In this document: one piece after another, positions 11,972-21,956 of the stretch | Layout of the letters: each line of letters begins with the position of its first letter | How positions within the stretch are numbered: the stretch's first letter is position 1 | Origin: an uncultured Bacteroidota bacterium | GTDB taxonomy: Bacteria > Bacteroidota > Bacteroidia > Bacteroidales > JAAUTT01 | Reading direction: 5' to 3' | Assembly: GCA_963766305.1 (NCBI GenBank) | Contig: CAVYAE010000066.1 | Coordinates: 42,966-106,965 of the forward strand | DNA: 64,000 nt | The notes under the pieces: model-generated | What the model was told of the DNA's origin: nothing | Database searches by the model: none | Seen by the model: only the letters and a program-made list of their open reading frames with translations | Position numbers and translations under genes: made by a program

Positions 11972-13504
11972 CTAGAACTGGAAATAAATAAATGGTTGCA
12001 GCACAGAAGATTTTACCTGTACTATAACAATAACAAGAATAAGCAGTAAAATTGCCTTAAGGTAAATGCTTGATTTAATGAACCATCCTCTGTATTTTTC
12101 TTTAATTGACCAGGGTAACCATTGCGTTAAATACCCTGCAATTAAAATAGTAAATATCGAGGAATAGCTTATAAATATTTCAGGAATATGCTGAAATTGA
12201 AAATGATAAACTATTTGATCAATTATTTGAAATGCATAGGTAATATTCTGACTTCTGAAGAATATCCAGGCAAAGGCCACAAAATGAAAAGTTATAAGCT
12301 GAAAGATAATTTTTCTGATGCCACCGATGTATTTCCTTGTCCCAAAAATACTTAACCATAATTTATTTACTATTAATCCTATTCCGTGAATGGCACCCCA
12401 AACTAAAAACCTTATATTCGCACCGTGCCATAAGCCACCTATCAGCATAGTAATAAACAAGTTTAAGCTTGTTGAAATTTTGCCTTTTCTATTACCTCCA
12501 AGTGGAATATAAAGGTAATCGCGAAACCATGATGATAATGAAATGTGCCATCTTCTCCAGAAATCCTCCGGATTGACTGCTTTGTAAGGTGAATTGAAAT
12601 TAATGGGGATCCGGAATCCCAATAATAAGGCAATACCAATTGCAATATCTGTATATCCTGAAAAATCGCAATAGATTTGAATAGAGTACCCATATACCCC
12701 GGCTAAATTCTCAAATCCTGAATAACTTAACGGACTGTCAAATATTCTGTCCACAAAGTTTAAAGACAAATAATCAGAAATAATCATTTTCTTAATTAAT
12801 CCATTAATTATTAAGAATAAAGCTTGTCCCATTTCTCTTTTTGAAAGATCATAGTTTTTGTTGATTTGAGGAACAAACTCGGAGGCTCTAACTATCGGAC
12901 CTGAAACTATCTGGGGGAAAAATGATTTATAAAATGCAAAATCAATTATATTATATAAAGGTTTAGTTTTTTGCCTGTATAAATCAATAATGTAACTTAA
13001 GGCCTGAAATGAATAAAAAGAAATGCCAACGGGTAAAATAATTGAGCTGATGTCGGGTCCCTGCGAGTGTGTTATCCTGTCTGCTAAAATGCCAAGATAG
13101 TTTTTTAAGTCGTAATGAGTACGAAATACATAATTCCAAAATTCTATAAATAATCCCGAGTATTTGAAATAAGACAACAAGGTTATGCAAAATATAACTG
13201 CGATAGTTACATAAATACGTTTAAGCCATATTTTTGCAGTACAGGCTATACCAATTCCCAATAAATAATTAACTATTATGGATATTACAAGTAACCAAAT
13301 AAATATACCGCCGCATTTATAATAAAAATAAAGACTTACAAAAAGAAGGTAGGAGTTTCTTAAGGGAATATTCTTATATACAAACGAATATCCAAACAAA
13401 ACAATAATAAAAAACAACCAGAATGACATTTGTGTGAAAACCATCGGAGACGACGGGTCGTAATATAAATTTTTATATAGGTCATTTATAATACTATTTA
13501 TCAT
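11972..13504 (-). CDS. MBOAT O-acyltransferase (AlgI/PatA/DltB-like)
   Basis: LPVGISFYSFQ, FFPQIVSGPI, FWRRWHISLSSWFRDYLYIPLGG, GLWHGA catalytic His. Confidence 0.93.
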   Translation of the reverse strand: MINSIINDLYKNLYYDPSSPMVFTQMSFWLFFIIVLFGYSFVYKNIPLRNSYLLFVSLYFYYKCGGIFIWLLVISIIVNYLLGIGIACTAKIWLKRIYVTIAVIFCITLLSYFKYSGLFIEFWNYVFRTHYDLKNYLGILADRITHSQGPDISSIILPVGISFYSFQALSYIIDLYRQKTKPLYNIIDFAFYKSFFPQIVSGPIVRASEFVPQINKNYDLSKREMGQALFLIINGLIKKMIISDYLSLNFVDRIFDSPLSYSGFENLAGVYGYSIQIYCDFSGYTDIAIGIALLLGFRIPINFNSPYKAVNPEDFWRRWHISLSSWFRDYLYIPLGGNRKGKISTSLNLFITMLIGGLWHGANIRFLVWGAIHGIGLIVNKLWLSIFGTRKYIGGIRKIIFQLITFHFVAFAWIFFRSQNITYAFQIIDQIVYHFQFQHIPEIFISYSSIFTILIAGYLTQWLPWSIKEKYRGWFIKSSIYLKAILLLILVIVIVQVKSSVLQPFIYFQF

Positions 13505-15011
13505 TCAGCATCACCTCATCTTTTATATTTAAAGTATTTGCAAATTTATCATATTCCCTGATAAAGGATCTATAAAACATTTCACCTATAATTTTAGCAC
13601 CTAATGGATTAAAATGAATAAAATCTTTCTGTGCAAGAGGCGGGTTGGCAAGAACCCAACTTGGCATTGAATTTTGACCACCCATGGCTTCAAAAATATC
13701 CCAAAATGCACAACCAGTTTCAAATGCCGCTTTTTTCTGAACATCTCTTATTTTTTCTATATTAGGATACGACTCAAATCCGTTTTTACCTGCCCTTGAT
13801 ACATCACTTACTCCGATAACAATTATAGCAAGTCCGGGATTATAATCTTTGAGCAATTTCAACTGCTCAATAAACTCCCTGTAGTAATAATTATAATTAT
13901 CGGTCACATTAGGGACAATGTTCACTCCAAACTGAAGGATAAGTAATTTAACATTCAATAAATTATAGAAGTTATGTAAAAAAGCCATGTCCATCTTTGT
14001 AAATTCAAGTCCGGAGCTACCCCTTAAAGGGATGTTATCTACTGCAACACCCTGACTTGCATCCAGAGCAATTCCATATACATAAGGAGAACTGTTACCT
14101 TTAATCTCAATAACCAAATCATTAACCGGCCACTTTACATTCCATTGCTTAACCCTGATTTCAGAAGAAGGCGGAAGGAAATCTGCATCTATAATCTGTT
14201 TATGACGTTTAAGTTGAATTAAAACCGGTGTTTTATTAAATCCGTAGTAAAACTGGCAAAGCTGAAAATATTGAGTAAGAGGGTATGAAAGGTTTGAATG
14301 TTTAAGTTCTATTGAACCATCCAATTCAATTTCTTTATCCTGGATATCATGCCCATCTCCCAGGAAAGCAAAATTAATAAGGGCTCCATATTTTTTATGG
14401 TTTTGCATTATAGTTTTAGACGCATACAGGGATACTTTTGTCCAGTTTCCGGAAGTAGAGTACACATATGACATAGATGCAGGACTAAACGATATAACAG
14501 GCAAGAGACCTATACCGCTTCCACCAAATTTAGTTTGTAGCTGGTTTCTGAAATAGGAAGTAATTCGGTCTCCTTCTATTTGAGAATCACCGTAATGCAG
14601 TATTCTAATTAATTTATTTTCATTTTTTAAATTTTGCAGAATTCTAAAGAAAGGAAATAAGAGTGTATCCATACCTTGAGGAAATTCAACGGGACGAATA
14701 AGGAAACGGATACTGTCGGCATTGATTCCGGGCTTTACACGTTTGAATTTTGTTTTATTTAACTGAGATGTCTTAGTTTCAGGTAAGGCTGAACCGGTAT
14801 TATCTTTTAAGGTTGTATCCGATATAATCCTTGAGAGTTTAATTATTTGGGAAATGTCCTTGTATTTAACTTTATTTTCGTTAGATGAAAAAGCAGGTAC
14901 AATAAAGGTATAACCTAATAATTTTGGTGGATTATTTCGAAAATACAAGGATAGTAAGGCTATTAAAATTACTATGCAAAAGCCAAAAATGAAAACATTA
15001 AAAGGCTTCAT
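13494..15011 (-). CDS. Membrane-anchored SGNH/GDSL O-acetyltransferase/esterase (PatB-like)
   Basis: SGNH blocks: GDS (YGDSQ), RGSSG, QFGVN, DFIH. N-terminal TM helix. Overlaps the MBOAT gene by 11 bp. Confidence 0.8.
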   Translation of the reverse strand: MKPFNVFIFGFCIVILIALLSLYFRNNPPKLLGYTFIVPAFSSNENKVKYKDISQIIKLSRIISDTTLKDNTGSALPETKTSQLNKTKFKRVKPGINADSIRFLIRPVEFPQGMDTLLFPFFRILQNLKNENKLIRILHYGDSQIEGDRITSYFRNQLQTKFGGSGIGLLPVISFSPASMSYVYSTSGNWTKVSLYASKTIMQNHKKYGALINFAFLGDGHDIQDKEIELDGSIELKHSNLSYPLTQYFQLCQFYYGFNKTPVLIQLKRHKQIIDADFLPPSSEIRVKQWNVKWPVNDLVIEIKGNSSPYVYGIALDASQGVAVDNIPLRGSSGLEFTKMDMAFLHNFYNLLNVKLLILQFGVNIVPNVTDNYNYYYREFIEQLKLLKDYNPGLAIIVIGVSDVSRAGKNGFESYPNIEKIRDVQKKAAFETGCAFWDIFEAMGGQNSMPSWVLANPPLAQKDFIHFNPLGAKIIGEMFYRSFIREYDKFANTLNIKDEVMLNDK

Positions 15012-15034
15012 ATTAGCAGTAGTTGAAAAGCTTA

Positions 15035-16564
15035 TTAATTTGTTTTCTTAATTTTAATTGTTTGTCCTACTTTTATATTATTTGGTTTTGATAAATTGTT
15101 CCATTTTATAATATCCTGATCAGATACACCTGGAAATTGATTTGCTATTTTCCAAATGCTGTCACCATTTTTAACCTGATAATAAATATATCCATCAACC
15201 ACGTTAATATTTCCTTTATCCGGGATAGTAGTGTCAACAGATGATCTTACACCCGGAACTGTTTTTTCAACAATTTGTATTTTAGGAATAAATACAATTA
15301 ATCGTTGGCCAACCCTAATTTTATTTCGTGAAATATCATTCCAAAACCTTAAATCATTAGTTCTGACTTTATATGCAGCAGCAATAGCTGCAAGATTATC
15401 CCCTGATTTAACAGTGTAAATAACTTTTAACATATTCTTAGGGGTAACGGCAGACGCATAACTGTAAGATCTGTAATTGGAGGGATTAACTATTTTGAAA
15501 TCTCCAGCAAAAAAGACATCATGCTTATATTTTAATATAGAATCCTGTAAATCAATAAATCTGTTTGTTAAATCATTCGGGAGACGTAAAGGACAGGAGG
15601 AATACCTTCCGGGTATGATGTTTAACCTGTATTGTGGATTAAGTTCAATCAATTGTTGCAGGGGAATATGCATAACATCTGCTATCTGTTGCAGATGTAG
15701 ATTTTCGTTTATCATAATCGTATCAGTTTCAGTCGGTAAATCTGAAGGGTAAGGATATAAACCATGGTCCTTATAGTATGTCATAGAATATGCGGCTGCT
15801 ATAAAAGCTGGTACATAACCTCTTGTTTCACGTGGTAGAAAAGGATAGATATCCCAGTAATTTGTTTTTCCTCCTGAACGGTGGATGGCTCTGTTTACAT
15901 TACCTGCACCGCAATTATATGCAGCAATGGCTAGTAACCAGTCATTATAAACGCAATATGCATCTTTTAGATATTTTGCTGCAGCACGCGTTGCCAAATA
16001 AGGGTCCCGGCGTTCATCTACAAAAGAATTAATCGCGAGATTATATAAACGACCTGTATGGTACATAAACTGCCATAATCCTGTGGCACCGGCACGGGAA
16101 ACAGCTCTGGGATTTAAAGCTGATTCTATTACAGACAAATACTTTAATTCAAGAGGTAAACCATAAGAATCGAGAATTTCTTCTATCATTGGGAAATAAT
16201 AATCTTTTAAACCTAACATTTCCTGAAGCTTTTCTCTTTTTCGCAAGGTGTATACCTCTATATAACGCTTGACTACTTCGTTATATGTAAAGCTTATTGC
16301 CGAAGGAATGCGTTTTATCCTGTATATGTAAATCGAATCCGGTATATCAGTTACAATGTTCTGGGAAGTATCGATTATAACAGGAAGAGCCGTATCACCC
16401 GGAACAGGTTCCTGTGCAAACATATTCCTGATTAAACTGTCTACATTCCGGTCAGCATTATAAAAAGGTATATTGTTTACCGTTGAATCATTAATCTGTG
16501 CAGTTAATGTGAGACCATACATCCCAAAAATTAATAATACAAAGGAAAATCTTATCATATTCAT
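15035..16564 (-). CDS. mltD: MltD-like lytic transglycosylase with two LysM domains
   Basis: VIESALNP, AGATGLWQFM, AAYNCG, LPRETRGYVP; LysM repeats YTVKSGD and YQVKNGD. Confidence 0.9.
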   Translation of the reverse strand: MNMIRFSFVLLIFGMYGLTLTAQINDSTVNNIPFYNADRNVDSLIRNMFAQEPVPGDTALPVIIDTSQNIVTDIPDSIYIYRIKRIPSAISFTYNEVVKRYIEVYTLRKREKLQEMLGLKDYYFPMIEEILDSYGLPLELKYLSVIESALNPRAVSRAGATGLWQFMYHTGRLYNLAINSFVDERRDPYLATRAAAKYLKDAYCVYNDWLLAIAAYNCGAGNVNRAIHRSGGKTNYWDIYPFLPRETRGYVPAFIAAAYSMTYYKDHGLYPYPSDLPTETDTIMINENLHLQQIADVMHIPLQQLIELNPQYRLNIIPGRYSSCPLRLPNDLTNRFIDLQDSILKYKHDVFFAGDFKIVNPSNYRSYSYASAVTPKNMLKVIYTVKSGDNLAAIAAAYKVRTNDLRFWNDISRNKIRVGQRLIVFIPKIQIVEKTVPGVRSSVDTTIPDKGNINVVDGYIYYQVKNGDSIWKIANQFPGVSDQDIIKWNNLSKPNNIKVGQTIKIKKTN

Positions 16565-16571
16565 AATTTGT

Positions 16572-17273
16572 TTATTTGCGTAGGTTAAACGAAATTTTTA
16601 ACCCCAGGGTTCCAAAATTCGTAATTGAATTATTAAGTAAAGTGGGACTTATTTTAAATGCGAGATCGTCAGTTATATTATAATCAAAGAAATATGCAGT
16701 TACAGTTGCATCAATAATATTTATAAAATATATACCGGCCATTAAAATAACATTAAAATCAAGCCATTGTTTAAAATAGTCGTTTGAACTTTTAAGACCT
16801 GATATTACAATGCTGTAATTATTCCCAAAATAACTTAAATAATATGGATTTATGAGTCCTCCAAGCATTTTATTTACATAGCTGTAGTTATAAGTTTTAC
16901 TCCCAAGGTTATTAATGTAATTTGTATAATTGACGTAACCGGTATGCCAGCTCTGGTATTGACTATTCAGATAGGAAATAAAATACACTTCAAAAGAAAT
17001 TCCTGCATATAAAATTGGTAAGCGCCAAAACAATCCTTTTCCATTATAAATCTGACCAAGACCGGGCACTACAGCTGAAAGGAAAGCTGCCCTGGCAGGA
17101 TTATGTTTGTAAATAATTGAACTCGTATCGATGCCACCATTGGTAGTATCGCTTTCTGAAATACTCGCAGTGTCTTTGGAAGCCTGATCGTTTTGCTGAC
17201 CATTAACTGGCCGTTCTGTAATCAATATGTAAATAAGAATTACCAGTAAATATTTTATAGTATTAATCAGCAA
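16572..17273 (-). CDS. DUF5683-like protein, in its usual place between parB and mltD in Bacteroidota
   Basis: PARAAFLSAVVPGLGQIYN and NIIDATVTAYFFDY motifs; gene order. Confidence 0.75.
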   Translation of the reverse strand: MLINTIKYLLVILIYILITERPVNGQQNDQASKDTASISESDTTNGGIDTSSIIYKHNPARAAFLSAVVPGLGQIYNGKGLFWRLPILYAGISFEVYFISYLNSQYQSWHTGYVNYTNYINNLGSKTYNYSYVNKMLGGLINPYYLSYFGNNYSIVISGLKSSNDYFKQWLDFNVILMAGIYFINIIDATVTAYFFDYNITDDLAFKISPTLLNNSITNFGTLGLKISFNLRK

Positions 17274-17306
17274 AGCTAAAATTTATTTATATTTCCTTAC
17301 TAATCA

Positions 17307-18284
17307 CTAATTATTTGATTCAAGAATATTAATAATATTTGCCAGTTCATCATCAGAATGGAATGGAATCACTATTTTACCCGATCCACTATTGTTGTGC
17401 ACAACCTCTACCTTTACATTAAAATGATTTCTCAGTTTGCTTTGATAATTACTATAATCCTTACCAATAACTCCAGGATATTTTTTCGCCTGTAACGATA
17501 TATTTAAATTATCAGGTTCAACGGCAGCTTCTGCTGTTGAAGAGTTATTTTCAGTTATGTCTCCCGAAAAATCCTTGTTTTGAGCTAAAGAACCATTTTC
17601 TTTCGTATTTGAAATTGCACTTACAATTTTCTCAACTTCTCTGACAGTCAATTCCTTATCCAGGATCTGATTAAAAAGGTTTTTTTGATCTTCAGCGGAC
17701 TCCACGCTTATAATAGCACGGGCATGGCCCATTGTCATTTTATGATCCTTAATGGCTACCTGCATCTCAGCAGGTAGTTTTAACAGGCGTAAATAATTGG
17801 TAACTGTAGCTCTTTTCTTACCTACACGTTCACTCAGTTCTTCCTGAGTAAGATTAAATTCTTCAATCAGCCGCTGAAAACTTATAGCTATTTCTATGGC
17901 ATTAAGGTCGTCGCGCAGGATATTTTCCACAAGCGCCATTTCCACCATATCCTGATCATTGGCTATTCTAACGTAAGCAGGAATGGAAGTCAATCCGGCG
18001 ATTTTTGAGGCACGAAACCGCCGTTCACCGGATATAAGCTGGAATTTATTATTTTCTAATTTTCTAACTGTAATAGGCTGCACTATTCCAACTTTTCCGA
18101 TAGAAGAAGCAAGTTCAAACAAGGACTCTTCATCAAATGTTTTTCGTGGCTGGAAAGGATTAACCTCAATAAGGTTAATATCTATTTCGTTAGTAGAGGT
18201 ATTGCTATCATTTTTATTGCCATCACCGGCTTCTTCTATTAAAGCACTCAAACCTCTTCCCAAAGCACTTTTTTTAACCGCCAT
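17307..18284 (-). CDS. parB: Chromosome partitioning protein ParB/Spo0J
   Basis: ALGRGLSALI, NPFQPR, GERRFRA box, HTH segment TQEELSERVGKKRATVTNYLRLL. Confidence 0.95.
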   Translation of the reverse strand: MAVKKSALGRGLSALIEEAGDGNKNDSNTSTNEIDINLIEVNPFQPRKTFDEESLFELASSIGKVGIVQPITVRKLENNKFQLISGERRFRASKIAGLTSIPAYVRIANDQDMVEMALVENILRDDLNAIEIAISFQRLIEEFNLTQEELSERVGKKRATVTNYLRLLKLPAEMQVAIKDHKMTMGHARAIISVESAEDQKNLFNQILDKELTVREVEKIVSAISNTKENGSLAQNKDFSGDITENNSSTAEAAVEPDNLNISLQAKKYPGVIGKDYSNYQSKLRNHFNVKVEVVHNNSGSGKIVIPFHSDDELANIINILESNN

Positions 18285-18302
18285 TATGAATTTTGCGTAT
18301 TT

Positions 18303-19103
18303 TTATAAATTTAAAACTTTTTCGGAACTGGGTACATATTCCTCATTCTTTTGCAGGAATTCCTTTGCCATGTTAAGGTAATTAATTGAACCTGTTGAGC
18401 TGGCATCATACAAAATCACCGGTTTCCCAAAACTGGGTGATTCACTCAGCTTAATATTTCTTTGTATCAAGGTTTTAAACACCATTTGCTGAAAATGCTT
18501 TGTAACTTCGTCAACTACCTGATTACTTAAACGCAGCCTGGCATCATACATGGTTAAAAGAAATCCTTCAATTTCAAGAGCTGTATTTAACCTGGTCTGT
18601 ATAAATTTAATTGTATTAAGTAGCTTGCCTAAACCTTCAAGTGCAAAATATTCACACTGTACCGGAATAATAACTGAATTTGCGGCGCTCAGGGCATTTA
18701 CAGTTATAAGTCCCAAAGATGGAGAACAGTCAATTAATACATAATCATATTTGTCTTTAATTTTCTCAATTACCCCTTTAAGAATTTTTTCACGGTCAGG
18801 TAAATTTACCATTTCAATTTCAGCTCCAACCAGGTCAATATGTGAGGGAATAAGGTCAAGACCAGGTACTTCAGATTTAAGTACTATTTCATTTGGATCT
18901 ACCCCGTCTATAAGACAATCATATATGCTTGTCTTTATTGATCTGATATCAAAGCCCAGGCCTGATGTTGCATTAGCCTGCGGATCCGCATCTATGAGCA
19001 ATATTTTTTTTTCCAGTACAGCCAAACTTGCTGACAGGTTAATTGCAGTAGTTGTTTTTCCAACACCACCTTTTTGATTTGCTAATGCGATTACTTTTGA
19101 CAT
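18303..19103 (-). CDS. parA: ParA/Soj ATPase
   Basis: [11 protein letters not shown] deviant Walker [27 protein letters not shown]. Confidence 0.96.
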   Translation of the reverse strand: MSKVIALANQKGGVGKTTTAINLSASLAVLEKKILLIDADPQANATSGLGFDIRSIKTSIYDCLIDGVDPNEIVLKSEVPGLDLIPSHIDLVGAEIEMVNLPDREKILKGVIEKIKDKYDYVLIDCSPSLGLITVNALSAANSVIIPVQCEYFALEGLGKLLNTIKFIQTRLNTALEIEGFLLTMYDARLRLSNQVVDEVTKHFQQMVFKTLIQRNIKLSESPSFGKPVILYDASSTGSINYLNMAKEFLQKNEEYVPSSEKVLNL

Positions 19104-19349
19104 TTTATTAAATTTCTGGTTTATAATATTTTAAATTTAAATTATTTATGACACAAAATTAACATGCATTACTTAATAATGCCGGAAGTTCCTGTGTCAA
19201 TTATAAACAATAAAATTAGAGTTATTAACAACTTTTCAACAACAAGGTAGTAAAGTTATCAAAAATACCTGATCAACCTACATTCATTTTGATAAACTTG
19301 AAAGTATAATTGAATTGAGTGTATTATTAGTTTATTAACAATATGTTAT

Positions 19350-19397
19350 AGTAGAAAAGTAAGAAAGTAGGAAAGTAGGAGATTAGGAGAGTAGGAG
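19350..19397 (+). repeat. Degenerate purine-rich 8-mer tandem repeat (AGTAGGAA-like)
   Basis: agtagaaa agtaagaa agtaggaa agtaggag attaggag agtaggag. Confidence 0.75.
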
Positions 19398-19410
19398 TTT
19401 AAAGTTTAAT

Positions 19411-20520
19411 TCATTTAAATACAGAGATTTCAAAAAGCTTTGGCCAGTTTTTTCCTGTTACAATAAAATGCTTTGACGTTGATATATAAGCAATACCATT
19501 CAATACATCAGTATTGGGGAGTTTATCATTTGGCTTTAATAATCCGCTAAGGTCAAGTTTGCCTGTTACTTCACCATTTTTTGGATTAATTTTAATAATA
19601 TAATCGCTTTGCCATACATTTGCCCATACATTGCCATCAATATATTCAAGTTCGTTGAGATTTTTCACCGGTCCTTTATCATCACAAACTTCAACCCTGT
19701 CTGATTCCGACAGGTCTTCCTTATTAAGAAAATAAAGATAACTCGAACCATCACTCATAATTAAATTTTTACCATTATAGGTAATACCCCACCCTTCACC
19801 TATTGAATAATGTATTTTGTTGATTAAATTAAAATTAGCCTTATTAAAAATAAAAGCGGTTTGTTCTTTCCATGTCACTTGAATAATCTTATCATCAAAT
19901 ACTGTTACACCTTCTCCGAATACCTCAGAAGGTAAATTAACCGAAAGAATAATTTCTCCATTATTAAGTTTTTCTTTTCTCAGTGATGACTGATTATATT
20001 CTCCTGTGCCTTCAAAAAGATAACCATCTTCGTATATCAGACCCTGAGTAAATGCATTTATATCATGAGGGTAAACTTTAACAATTTTATAATTATAGTT
20101 ATAAGGAGGGGATGAGGCAAGTAATTTAAATACAATATTTGCATATTCTTTGTGTTTGTCTTTAAAAAAAGCTACTGCTTCTGCATTTCTTGATCCCATT
20201 TTCATATTTTCAGAGGATATCTGAAATTGTCCTTTTGTACTTTTAATTGACCCGCTTGTTATGCCGTCAATCAATAAAACTATGGAATCAGGAGCCAATG
20301 CTTCATTGTCATTCTTCACTTCAAAGATTATTTCTTTCCCCGATGTGAACGATTCATTATTATGGGGTATTTTAAAATGAATTTCAGATTTGGAAAAGGT
20401 CTTGCCGGAATCGACATTACTGTTATTTAATGCATGATCTGAGGAATTCCTGTTGCACGATGAACCTAAGGATAAAACAAATATAACAATACATATAGGT
20501 CTGATTAAATACGTCTTCAA
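19411..20520 (-). CDS. Glutaminyl-peptide cyclotransferase (plant-type beta-propeller), lipoprotein
   Basis: YPHD..AFTQGL, FGEG, GEGWG, LNELEY, VLNGIA, TGKNWP; lipobox-like GSSC. Confidence 0.9.
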   Translation of the reverse strand: MKTYLIRPICIVIFVLSLGSSCNRNSSDHALNNSNVDSGKTFSKSEIHFKIPHNNESFTSGKEIIFEVKNDNEALAPDSIVLLIDGITSGSIKSTKGQFQISSENMKMGSRNAEAVAFFKDKHKEYANIVFKLLASSPPYNYNYKIVKVYPHDINAFTQGLIYEDGYLFEGTGEYNQSSLRKEKLNNGEIILSVNLPSEVFGEGVTVFDDKIIQVTWKEQTAFIFNKANFNLINKIHYSIGEGWGITYNGKNLIMSDGSSYLYFLNKEDLSESDRVEVCDDKGPVKNLNELEYIDGNVWANVWQSDYIIKINPKNGEVTGKLDLSGLLKPNDKLPNTDVLNGIAYISTSKHFIVTGKNWPKLFEISVFK

Positions 20521-20605
20521 TGGAATTATTTTGGTTTATTCGTTAATTTGTTTATTTGAAAGCAGATCAATAATTTATTATCATAATTTGCACATTATCA
20601 TGGAT

Positions 20606-21025
20606 CTATTGATTAAATAAACCTTTAAACAGACCGGAAAAAGGTTTCCTTTTATCCGTTATTTCTTTTTGGTATGGCTCCAGTGATACTCCGTTCTGAA
20701 CCATTTCAAATACTATGCCCCAACCTGGAAATCCCCCCAGGTTTCTATCATCAATATATAAATCAGCATTAATTTTCCGGCTTATATTTTCATCAAAAAT
20801 TTCTTCAGGAAAGTTTTTATTTACGGCATAAAACTCTAAACCCCTGTTGCTGCAATATTCAACAGCTTCGTCCAGTTCCTTGTTTGATCGGAATGTCCAA
20901 AGGATAATCTGATGTTGCTGACGTTGAAGTTCTTTTAGAGTTTCTATTGCGAAAAGTAATTCTTCACCAATTGCAGGGTATTTGTGTTCAACAATGGTTC
21001 CATCAAAATCGACGGCAATCTTCAT
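20606..21025 (-). CDS. BT0820-like small HAD-superfamily phosphatase
   Basis: IAVDFDGTIV motif I, ILWTFR, KINADLYIDDRN motifs III/IV. Confidence 0.85.
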   Translation of the reverse strand: MKIAVDFDGTIVEHKYPAIGEELLFAIETLKELQRQQHQIILWTFRSNKELDEAVEYCSNRGLEFYAVNKNFPEEIFDENISRKINADLYIDDRNLGGFPGWGIVFEMVQNGVSLEPYQKEITDKRKPFSGLFKGLFNQ

Positions 21026-21144
21026 AATTTTATGATAGTTATGCTATTAAAAAATCATTTAAATATAAGGATTTAATTTAAAATTGATTATTAAAAACTG
21101 TTAAATTTATATTATGCGTAATATGTATATAAATTAATTTAATT

Positions 21145-21936
21145 TTGAAAAATTTTTATAACATGAGAGCTATACAATTAATAATAAGACAAATACCAAA
21201 TTTGATAACTTGTTTAAATCTTTTCTCAGGATGTTTAGCAGTTGTTTTTGCTTTCAGTAGTGATTTGCTTACTGCATCGGTTTTAATATTTGTGGCCGGG
21301 TTGTTTGATTTTTTCGATGGTTTTGTTGCCCGTTTGCTAAAAGTACATTCTGAATTTGGAAAATCAATGGATTCACTTTCCGATATTGTCAGTTTTGGTC
21401 TTGCTCCTTCCTGTATTCTCTTTCAATTGATGGTCATATCTGTTAAAAATTCAGATCCCGGCTTTCAGTTTGCCTCAGGTCATTATTATGAAACTATCCT
21501 TGTAAGCAGTTCTTTTCTAATTGCCATATTTTCAGGAATACGACTTGCACGTTTTAATACCGACACTCGACAGATACACTCATTCATAGGAATACCAACT
21601 CCGGCAAATGCTTTTTTAATTGCTTCCATACCATATATTATCATAAATAACAGTTTTATTGCCTTCCATATTTTAAATATATGGGTATTAGTAATAATTT
21701 CAGTAATTCTTTCATATTTATTGATTTGTGAGCTACCAATGATATCATTGAAATTCAATAATTTTTCAATCAGGGAAAATATTTATAAATATGTACTACT
21801 TGCAGGTTCGTTGATCTTAATAATTGTATGCAGGGTTTCAGCCATACCATTAATTTTTATCTTCTATATAGCAGTTTCTCTGCTGGAAGGTAAGAAAGGC
21901 AATTTTAAAAATGAGGAATTTAAAATTAAGGAATAG
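21145..21936 (+). CDS. pssA: CDP-alcohol phosphatidyltransferase (phosphatidylserine synthase type)
   Basis: PNLIT, DFFDGFVARLL...GKSMDSLSDIVSFG signature, RLARFN; the start may be the ATG at 21163. Confidence 0.85.
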   Translation: MKNFYNMRAIQLIIRQIPNLITCLNLFSGCLAVVFAFSSDLLTASVLIFVAGLFDFFDGFVARLLKVHSEFGKSMDSLSDIVSFGLAPSCILFQLMVISVKNSDPGFQFASGHYYETILVSSSFLIAIFSGIRLARFNTDTRQIHSFIGIPTPANAFLIASIPYIIINNSFIAFHILNIWVLVIISVILSYLLICELPMISLKFNNFSIRENIYKYVLLAGSLILIIVCRVSAIPLIFIFYIAVSLLEGKKGNFKNEEFKIKE

Positions 21937-21956
21937 CTAATAAAATGAGATAATTT

